Assembly (NCBI GenBank): GCA_031409335.1
Contig: JANNWY010000135.1
Span: 1-13,734 of the forward strand
DNA: 13,734 nt
Reading direction: 5' to 3'
Origin: Chthoniobacteraceae bacterium
GTDB taxonomy: Bacteria; Verrucomicrobiota; Verrucomicrobiia; Chthoniobacterales; Chthoniobacteraceae
A program made the position numbers and the translations under genes. Of this stretch, positions 1 to 7,327 are shown in pieces. The notes beneath the pieces were generated by a model. That model had not been told where the DNA came from, did no database searches, and was given only the letters and a program-made list of their open reading frames with translations. Every line of letters begins with the position of its first letter. Positions within the stretch are counted from its first letter, which is position 1.

Positions 1-178
1 ATTCAGTGGGTCAACCACGCCCTCCTGGCTATACGCAACCCAACCTCTCCCCCACCCGCGTTTTCCGCGCCCCCCGCGACGCCCGCGGTTCCCATCGCCG
101 AATCGAGGTTAATGGACACTTGGCATCACATCCGCAAGCCCCGGCCTTTTCCGCAGGTCAGCAACTTCTGAAAACAAC

Positions 179-208
179 AATGGGACAGGCTTTGCAGCCT
201 GTCCCATT
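179..208. terminator. Perfect 13-bp hairpin; probable (bidirectional) intrinsic terminator of the PEP-CTERM gene, related to the CACAGGCT/AGCCTGTG repeat family
   Basis: AATGGGACAGGCT-TTGC-AGCCTGTCCCATT lies about 30 nt past the stop at 240. On the minus strand the core stem is followed by TTGTTGTTTT (180-171), and on the plus strand by TTTT (207-210). Confidence 0.75.
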
Positions 209-239
209 TTGCGTTGGTGAAGGAGAGTACGCCGGTTTC

Positions 240-3200
240 CTAGCGGCGGCGGCGCAGGCCAAGGATCGTCAGCATTCCACCGAAGAGCAGCATGGCGCTG
301 CCGGGTTCGGGGACGCCTTGGAGCGGGGCAGCGGCGAGATCGCCTCCGGCACCACCGAAGTCGTCACCGGCACCGGCGAACGCCTCGGGGGCGTTCGCGA
401 GGGCATCGAGGGTGACGGTGCCATTGTCGCCGATGGTTAGCGAGGAGAGGGTCTGACTCGTGGTGAAGAAGAGCGACACTGGATCGTCCACATTAGTGTG
501 CGTCGGGGAATCGACCGTCACGTTGTTCGTTCCGTCGCCGAGTGCAGCTTTGATGACGGTCGTCCCGCCTTCGGCGTAAAGATCGCCGGACCAGGCGGGG
601 CTCGCGACGCTGACCCGCAGTTTGCCGACGCCGATTTTGGTCAGGTCGCCGGAACCCGTCATGCCTTGGATGACGGTGAACTCATTGGTCGCGCCGTTGG
701 TGTCGATCGTCGCCGTGGTGCCGGTGATGTTCAGCGGTGCGTCGATGGTGGCATTCACGCCGCTGCCGATGTTTTGGATGGTGCCGCCAGAGAAGTTGAA
801 CTCCGCGGAGGGATTGCGGCGGATGATGCCGAAGGCTCCCCGAATTCCCAGCGTGCCGGCGCTCAGGTTATATTTGTCAATGTTGGTGGATTCGTTCGCT
901 CCCTGAGCAATGTCGCCGCGGTTATCGAGCACGACGAAGTTGGTGCTCACCGTGCCGCCGGATTGATTGAAGATACCCACGCCGTCGATGCCTACGTAAA
1001 TGCCGCCGTTCTGCTCTCCACCGCCCGATGGATTTGCCGCGGTCGTGCCATTCACGTCGAGCAGCGCCCCGGCACCGCTGAGGGTGTAGTTGCTGACTTC
1101 GTTCGGCCAGTGGCCGAGGCGGAAATTGCCAGTCGTTCCCGCACCGCCGTTGACCGTCACGGAACCCCCCGTTTGCACCACATTGCCCGCGAAGCTGTTC
1201 TGTTCGCCAACGTAGAAAAGCTGCGAAGTAATGATTGCCGATGGGAGAATGTTCAGCGTCGCATTGGTGGCACCCGTTGCGACATTGACACTTCCGGCGG
1301 TGAGCATGCTGTTCACGCTCGCGATCGCACCGACCCGGGTCTGGCCAACGCGGAACGAGCCGCCGGTGGCCGTGCTGCCGCCAAGATCAATCGTCTGCCC
1401 GTTCGTGCTGAAGCCAGTGCCAAGCGTATCGACCTGTAGCTGGGTGCGCACGTTATTGGCTGTCGTCGGTGAGAGTGAGGTCACGCCCGCGCCAAGCGCG
1501 TAGCCGTCCGTGCGGTCGAAGCGGATCACCGCCGTCTTGAAACCATCGCCTTGCAGCGTAACCGGGACCGCGCCAAGCGTGCCGCTCGCGGTGCCACTGC
1601 CCACATTGAAGAGGATCGTGTTCGCATTCCCGGTGGCCAGCGCATCATTGACCGTCAGGCCGGTGAGGCCGCTGGCATTCCCTGTCAGGTTGAGCGTTTC
1701 CGCGCTGTTGTTGTTGTTGCCGCCAAAGGTCAGCGTCCCGCCAGCCAGCGTGCCGGTGATGTTGGCGGTGCCAGCGTGCGCGCCAATCTTTGCCGCGCCG
1801 TTGACTGTGATCGTCCCGCTGAAGGTGGTCGGCGCTGCCGCGCGGATCGCTCCGAGACGTCCGGCCGCCTCATTCGATCCATTTCCGACAATGGTGAAAT
1901 TGTTCGGGAATGTCAGGTTCGCCGTATTGACGAAAATCTGTCCATTCGTACCGACATTGACCATCGCACCACCAAGATCGTTGACGTTGTCGGTCGTGAT
2001 GCGGAAGCCGTTGGTTCCGGTCGTGGGTGTCAGACTCAGAGTCCCGGTAAAGCCCGACAGGCTACCGGTGATCCCCGCGTTACGGAAGGCCGCGTCCGCG
2101 GTCGCATGAAGGTCGAAGTTGAGCGTTCCCGTCCCGATCACATTGTTGCCGAAGGTGAGGTCCGCATCGTTGGAGATGGCCCTGAATGTTCCGGGACCGG
2201 CGATATCCACGACGCTGGCTGCGGCGAGCACGGTCACGGCGGCTCCGGCGTTGTAGTTCGCAACCAGCGTGCCGTTGAGGACGTTTGTCTTGCCTGTATA
2301 GGTGTTCGGATTCAACAGCGTCACCGTGCCAAGGCCGTCCTTGGTGAGCTGGCCAGTGCCCGCGATGCCGGCGGCGCCGGAGAGAGTGTAGGGATTCGCG
2401 ACGTCATTGATGAATTTTATGCTCGCTGGCGTCACGTTTGCCGCGATGGCCGGAGTGTAAGTCGCAGCGGTTGTGTCAAACAACACATTGTCACCGTTGA
2501 GGAACAATTCGTCGGTCGAGAACCAGTTGAGAGTCGAATTGTTGTCCCACTTGTTTTGATCCCCGACGACAAGGTTGCCGTCGCCATTCCATACCACCGT
2601 GCCCGCGGTGATGTTCATGTTCACCGTGCCTGCGGTGTCATCGTTGAATGTGACGACATTGTGCCCGATCGGCGTGCTTAGGCTGAGTGCGGCGGTGCCC
2701 GCGCCCTGCAGCGCGCCGATATAAGTATAGACCGGGTACGATCCCGTCACCCATCCGCTCGGCCCGAGCAGGACGTTCACGGTATTGGTTCCGGTCATCG
2801 AAAGTCCGTCATTGACGGAAGTATTGATCCGGTCCGCCACAGTGCCGGTAAAGTCGATATTCACCGTGCCGCCGGCAAGACTGAGGCTGCCGGAGGAAAT
2901 GGTGTTCGCCGTCACACCACCGCTGTTCCCGCCGACGTTGAGCGTGCCACCGGTATTGAGCGTGATGCCACCTGTCGCACCGACATTGCCGCTTGGGGCA
3001 AATGTGCCTCCCGTGTTGATCGCGACGGGGGTGTTGCCGAGCGAACCGGTCGCCGCAACCGTGAGGGTGCCTGCCGTGACAGTTGTGGCACCGGTGTGGG
3101 AGTTCGCACCGCTAAGCACCAGAGTGCCGGTGCCGAGCTTGGTGAACTCGGTCGTTCCCGTGCCGTTTTGGATGACGCCCGAGAAGGTGCTGGTGTTGCC

Positions 3201-6200
3201 GAGGAAGCCTGCGGAAGTGCTCGTCGTGTTGTTGTAGCCAACGTAGAGCCGAGCCGTCGTGCCCGAAGTATTCGTCACCGTGCCGCCGCCCGCGAGGCCG
3301 TCGATGGCTTCGATGCGGCCATTCAGGTCGAGCGTGCCACCCGTGCTCAACTGCACGTCAGTAAAGTTGAAGAGTTGATCGACATAGTTGGCCGGTGGCG
3401 TGGTCGGGGTAATGTCTGCTGGCGGATTGTTGCTTGCCGAGCCGCCAGTGACAGCCGTGAGCGAGCCGCCGATCTGCACGGTCGCACTGTTGTTGATGGT
3501 CAGGCCGAGATTCCCCGATCCAATGGCATGCACCGCGTAGTCGCCGGTCTTGGCGAGGACCACAGTTCCGGCGTTGGCAATGACCAAGCCGGTGGAGTTA
3601 TCCGCAATCCCATCGAGAGTCAGGGAGCCGCCTATGCCGTCCATCTGCACGGTTACGCGATTGACCGTGCCGCTGAATGTCGTCGGGGTGGTCTGGGTGG
3701 AAATGACGACGCCGGTGCCTGCCGTCCCCTGATTGATCGAGCCGCTCGCGCCGGAGATGCTAGCCACACTATGCGTGCGGTTGGCCGGATCGAGGGTGCC
3801 ACCGCTGAAGATGAGGTTCGTCGTGGTGGGCAGGACGCCGGTGGTATTAAAACGCAGCGTGCCAGCGGCGATCGCTGTGTCTCCGAGATAGTTGTTGCCC
3901 GCATTCTGGAGTTGCACGGTTCCCACATCGTTCTTGGTAAATCCCCCGGACCCCGTGATCAGCCCCTGAATGTTCAGTTGGGTGCCGGTCGTTGCGCCGA
4001 GGAAGCGGTTCGTATCCGAGCCATTCAGCGTCACGGTTCCGTTGAATGTCGGCGTGCTATTGTTGCTGCGCAGGGTGCCGCCATCGTTGAGCACGGCCTG
4101 ATGTTGCACGCCCACTGCACTGAAGATCGAATGGAAGGCTCCGTTTTCCACCGTCACAATCGAGGTGGTAGCCAGCGGATTGGTCGTCTGGCTGCCGAAG
4201 GTGCCCTGATTGACGATCACATTCCCGAGCGTCGAGCCTGCTGCAGGTTGATACCAGAGTTCCCCCGCACCGGTCTTGGTCAGGGTGAAGGTTCCGCCAT
4301 TGAAAACAGTGTTGTTCACGTCGTAACGGGCCGAACCGCCCCACGTCGTATCGCCATCCAGCGTGATGATCGTTGCGTGGTTGTTGTTGGTAATGCCTGC
4401 ACCGTTATTGACGATCGCACCATTGCCGCCGACGCCCGCGCCAGAGACGTGCAGATGGGGGATCTTGACGTCCGGGGCCGCGCCGTTGACATCGAGCGTA
4501 CCGCCGGGGGAAATCAAAACGGACGGCGCACTGCTGATGGCGTTTCCATTTCCCAGTCTGAGCGTGCCACCGGTGACGGTGACCGCACCCGTCCCGACGT
4601 TCGCGCCGCCGAGGATCAGGACGCCATCGGTCACGCTCACCGGACCGTTGAACGTATTCGCACTCGCGAGGGTGACGGTGCCGGTGTTGGTTTTCGTCAC
4701 GCCACCGGGCCCGGCGAGGATGCCGGTGATCGAGTAGTCGTTGCCGACGCTGTTGTTAAAAGTCAGATTGCCGATGCGCACCTCGCCCACCGTGGTGAGC
4801 GCGCGGTTGGCGACCGGGGTGGCAGCAGCGGGAACGTCCGAGGTATCACCAAAAACGACGGCGTCGCTCTGGAAGAAATTCGCGGATGTAGTGGAACTCG
4901 AAGCCAGTGCGAAATTCGCCGTGGTGTTCACGTCGAAGGTGCTGTTGGTGGCGCCCGTCCAGATGAGCGAGTCCGGCGCGCTGACGACGAGACTCAAGAC
5001 TTGCGGATCAGTAGTATTATCCAAGCTGGCGGTCATGTGGGGATACGTGCCAACCGCGCCCAGGGCAAAGTTGCCAGCGCCGCCGATGCTGCCGGTGAAG
5101 TTAATCAATGGATACGTCCCCATAGCGAAACTTGCACTTTCCGGCGTCACGGTCGTGGTGCCATTGGTCGTGAGACTCGCTGCGGTGATCAGCGCCGTCA
5201 CGGCGGGTGCGCCGAGGGTGGGCGCAAACGTGGTCGCACCCGCGGTGCCAAAGGTGAGCGCGCCGGAATTGAGCGCGCCGCCATTCACCCCCGCGCCGAG
5301 CGTCGCGCCATCGGCGACAGCGATGCTGCCCGAGGTGCCGTTGCGGACGTTCAGTCTTCCCAGGGTGACGGTGGTGGGACCGGCGTGGTTGTAGTTGCCG
5401 AGGATCGAGACTTCGCCCGTCCCGGCCTTGTCGATCGTGGCCCCAGCGAGGCCGCCGACATTCGCGAGCACTGCGATCCCGGTCGTGCCTGTAAATGCCA
5501 GCGTGCCATCGTTGGCGTTCAGCGCCGAGTTCTCCACGCGCACATCTTGAAGCTCAAACCGGCCCGTGCCGTTTTTCTCAACCGTCAACGCGCCGACATT
5601 CCGAATGCTCGCACCTTTCAAAATATCCGTGGTCGCTGGCGCGGTGGTGAAAGCCAGCGTGCTCGCGGTGGAAAGATTTGAGTTGCGGATAATGTGGTTC
5701 GTCCCTGTCGAAGTGGTAAACGTGCGGAGTGCGGCAACGGTTTGGTTGAATCCGTTCAGCTCGAGCCGCCCGTTCGTCGCGCTATTCTGGCCGATAGTGA
5801 AGTCCACATTCGGCAGTGCGTTATTCGCGCCGATCTGGATCTGGCCGTCGGACGACTGCGTGCGCACCCACGAGTTTCCCGTCGAATTCACAATGACCGT
5901 CCCAGCGTCCGTCTTGTTGAAAATGCGGTCCGTCCCAAGGTTGATCAGGCCGGTGTAAATGACAGTTCCGGCCCCCCGCGTGAACAGCGTCCCCGTCCCG
6001 GCTCCGCCAGTGGAGGTGACGCCGCCGCCAATCGTCAGCGTGGTGCCAGAGGCTGCATTGATCTGCACGAGGCCAGTCCCCGCCGCGACGATGGCGCTGT
6101 TCCATGAGTTATTGTTGGCCCCGTTGAGCAGCGTGGAGCGAAAATCCACGCCAGTGCCGTTGGAATTCATCGTCAGCGTCTTGCCGGTGGCGACGGTGAT

Positions 6201-6965
6201 CGTATTCCGAATGTCCAACGTGGTTCCCTGTCCTGCGGCTACTGTCCCGGTATTGAGGGTCACCGCCGTCCCAGTGCCCAGCCCGGTGGCGTTTTGGACC
6301 CGCAGCGTGTTCGTACCAGTGGTGCCACCGTTCACTGTCACCGGCCCTGAGAATGTATTGGCCGCGGCGAGAACCAGTACTCCACCGCCTTCTTTGGTGA
6401 GCCTGTATCCCGCAGCACCCTGCTGGATCACAGTGTTCATATTCACCGTGCCACCCGCGGCGACTTGGAAGACATTATCCGTGGCATTGTTCAGCAAGAC
6501 GTTGAACGAGCGTCCCGTGCCACTGCCGCCAGCGGTGACGTTGTTGACGTTGAGTGTGCCGCTCGTCCGCTCATAACTCAGCACCGTGTTCGCGATAGCC
6601 GCGATCGTCGTCCCGCTGAGCGTCATGGTGAAGTTCGTCGCCGTCGAACTATTCCCGATCGTCAGGTCGAGCGTGCGGGTCGATTGAACTTGGAGCGCCT
6701 GAATGCTGACGTTCCCCGCGCTGCCGACCTGATTGCTTGTCGGCGTCCCTGCCGCCGCAAACGATGCAATGTCATTCACCCCCGGCAGCACATCCCCGGC
6801 CCAGCTCGCAGCCGTCTGCCAGGATTGACTCGTCCCAGCCGTTCCGCCGTCCCAAGTGATAGTGGCCGCCTGTGCCCGCTGCGACCACACGGAAAGTAGT
6901 GGCACGACGACAAGGGCGGCAATGCTGGAGTGGAGGATGCGGGTGGATTTGGTTGTCTTTTTCAT
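240..6965 (-). CDS. Large secreted beta-helical surface protein (2241 aa) with autotransporter-associated beta-strand repeats and C-terminal PEP-CTERM sorting signal
   Basis: ATG at 6965 gives the signal peptide MKKTTKSTRILHSSIAALVVVPLLSVWSQRAQA; the upstream GTG at 7079 adds a non-protein-like extension. About ten LTKxGxGTLxLxxxNxxxG-type repeats are present (e.g. FTKLGTGTLVLSGANSHTGATTVTAGTL). The protein is G/T/N/A-rich and ends in VPEPGSAMLLFGGMLTILGLRRRR-stop. Confidence 0.93.
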   Translation of the reverse strand: MKKTTKSTRILHSSIAALVVVPLLSVWSQRAQAATITWDGGTAGTSQSWQTAASWAGDVLPGVNDIASFAAAGTPTSNQVGSAGNVSIQALQVQSTRTLDLTIGNSSTATNFTMTLSGTTIAAIANTVLSYERTSGTLNVNNVTAGGSGTGRSFNVLLNNATDNVFQVAAGGTVNMNTVIQQGAAGYRLTKEGGGVLVLAAANTFSGPVTVNGGTTGTNTLRVQNATGLGTGTAVTLNTGTVAAGQGTTLDIRNTITVATGKTLTMNSNGTGVDFRSTLLNGANNNSWNSAIVAAGTGLVQINAASGTTLTIGGGVTSTGGAGTGTLFTRGAGTVIYTGLINLGTDRIFNKTDAGTVIVNSTGNSWVRTQSSDGQIQIGANNALPNVDFTIGQNSATNGRLELNGFNQTVAALRTFTTSTGTNHIIRNSNLSTASTLAFTTAPATTDILKGASIRNVGALTVEKNGTGRFELQDVRVENSALNANDGTLAFTGTTGIAVLANVGGLAGATIDKAGTGEVSILGNYNHAGPTTVTLGRLNVRNGTSGSIAVADGATLGAGVNGGALNSGALTFGTAGATTFAPTLGAPAVTALITAASLTTNGTTTVTPESASFAMGTYPLINFTGSIGGAGNFALGAVGTYPHMTASLDNTTDPQVLSLVVSAPDSLIWTGATNSTFDVNTTANFALASSSTTSANFFQSDAVVFGDTSDVPAAATPVANRALTTVGEVRIGNLTFNNSVGNDYSITGILAGPGGVTKTNTGTVTLASANTFNGPVSVTDGVLILGGANVGTGAVTVTGGTLRLGNGNAISSAPSVLISPGGTLDVNGAAPDVKIPHLHVSGAGVGGNGAIVNNGAGITNNNHATIITLDGDTTWGGSARYDVNNTVFNGGTFTLTKTGAGELWYQPAAGSTLGNVIVNQGTFGSQTTNPLATTSIVTVENGAFHSIFSAVGVQHQAVLNDGGTLRSNNSTPTFNGTVTLNGSDTNRFLGATTGTQLNIQGLITGSGGFTKNDVGTVQLQNAGNNYLGDTAIAAGTLRFNTTGVLPTTTNLIFSGGTLDPANRTHSVASISGASGSINQGTAGTGVVISTQTTPTTFSGTVNRVTVQMDGIGGSLTLDGIADNSTGLVIANAGTVVLAKTGDYAVHAIGSGNLGLTINNSATVQIGGSLTAVTGGSASNNPPADITPTTPPANYVDQLFNFTDVQLSTGGTLDLNGRIEAIDGLAGGGTVTNTSGTTARLYVGYNNTTSTSAGFLGNTSTFSGVIQNGTGTTEFTKLGTGTLVLSGANSHTGATTVTAGTLTVAATGSLGNTPVAINTGGTFAPSGNVGATGGITLNTGGTLNVGGNSGGVTANTISSGSLSLAGGTVNIDFTGTVADRINTSVNDGLSMTGTNTVNVLLGPSGWVTGSYPVYTYIGALQGAGTAALSLSTPIGHNVVTFNDDTAGTVNMNITAGTVVWNGDGNLVVGDQNKWDNNSTLNWFSTDELFLNGDNVLFDTTAATYTPAIAANVTPASIKFINDVANPYTLSGAAGIAGTGQLTKDGLGTVTLLNPNTYTGKTNVLNGTLVANYNAGAAVTVLAAASVVDIAGPGTFRAISNDADLTFGNNVIGTGTLNFDLHATADAAFRNAGITGSLSGFTGTLSLTPTTGTNGFRITTDNVNDLGGAMVNVGTNGQIFVNTANLTFPNNFTIVGNGSNEAAGRLGAIRAAAPTTFSGTITVNGAAKIGAHAGTANITGTLAGGTLTFGGNNNNSAETLNLTGNASGLTGLTVNDALATGNANTILFNVGSGTASGTLGAVPVTLQGDGFKTAVIRFDRTDGYALGAGVTSLSPTTANNVRTQLQVDTLGTGFSTNGQTIDLGGSTATGGSFRVGQTRVGAIASVNSMLTAGSVNVATGATNATLNILPSAIITSQLFYVGEQNSFAGNVVQTGGSVTVNGGAGTTGNFRLGHWPNEVSNYTLSGAGALLDVNGTTAANPSGGGEQNGGIYVGIDGVGIFNQSGGTVSTNFVVLDNRGDIAQGANESTNIDKYNLSAGTLGIRGAFGIIRRNPSAEFNFSGGTIQNIGSGVNATIDAPLNITGTTATIDTNGATNEFTVIQGMTGSGDLTKIGVGKLRVSVASPAWSGDLYAEGGTTVIKAALGDGTNNVTVDSPTHTNVDDPVSLFFTTSQTLSSLTIGDNGTVTLDALANAPEAFAGAGDDFGGAGGDLAAAPLQGVPEPGSAMLLFGGMLTILGLRRRR
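243..314 (-). other. PEP-CTERM exosortase sorting signal
   Basis: VPEP motif, hydrophobic helix (SAMLLFGGMLTILGL) and RRRR immediately before the TAG. Confidence 0.95.
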
Positions 6966-7252
6966 GATTCGGATTTGGCGGTTTTTGGTGGAAATGGCGG
7001 ATGGAGCGCGACGTTTCGCTTTGCTTTGGCAAAGAATGCGAACCGGGGGCCGGGATTCGGAGACGAAAATAGAACGCACTCAAACCCAGCCTTGTCACGG
7101 GCTTTTTTCTGGAATCTGTAGAATATCGACCGTCAAAGTTGCCCGTTTCCAATTTACTGAATCGAGCGTGGCGTGCGCCCGCGGCTGTGGCACAGGCTGG
7201 ATGAAATCGACGCCGGAACGCCATTTGAACCGCCGCTTTATCATCACAAAGA

Positions 7253-7274
7253 AATAATACGTGTAAGTATTATT
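7253..7274. promoter_or_regulatory. Candidate transcription-factor operator (AT-rich 8-6-8 inverted repeat) in the divergent promoter region
   Basis: AATAATAC-gtgtaa-GTATTATT has perfect 8-bp arms and is strongly AT-rich against a GC-rich background. Confidence 0.55.
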
Positions 7275-7278
7275 CGCT

Positions 7279-7307
7279 TTGACTCGCCGCGCCCCGCTCC
7301 CTATCCA
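7279..7307 (+). promoter_or_regulatory. Possible sigma70-type promoter for the beta-propeller gene
   Basis: TTGACT (7279-7284), 17-nt spacer, TATCCA (7302-7307), ending 20 nt before the ATG at 7328. The -10 match is weak. Confidence 0.3.
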
Positions 7308-7327
7308 TTTTGGCACCCAAATCCGCC

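Noticed and set aside
498..6899. Long plus-strand ORFs (e.g. 3096..5681, 861 aa; 1551..2681; 498..1439)
   Set aside because: Antisense shadows of the large GC-rich gene; R/G- or V/P-rich with no motifs.
6966..7079. GTG-initiated N-terminal extension of the large protein
   Set aside because: It would bury the clear signal peptide that starts at ATG 6965.
7089..7108. AGCCT-TGTCAC-GGGCT followed by a T run, as a terminator or riboswitch platform
   Set aside because: The stem is short and weak, no plus-strand transcript is evident upstream, and I recognise no aptamer in either leader.
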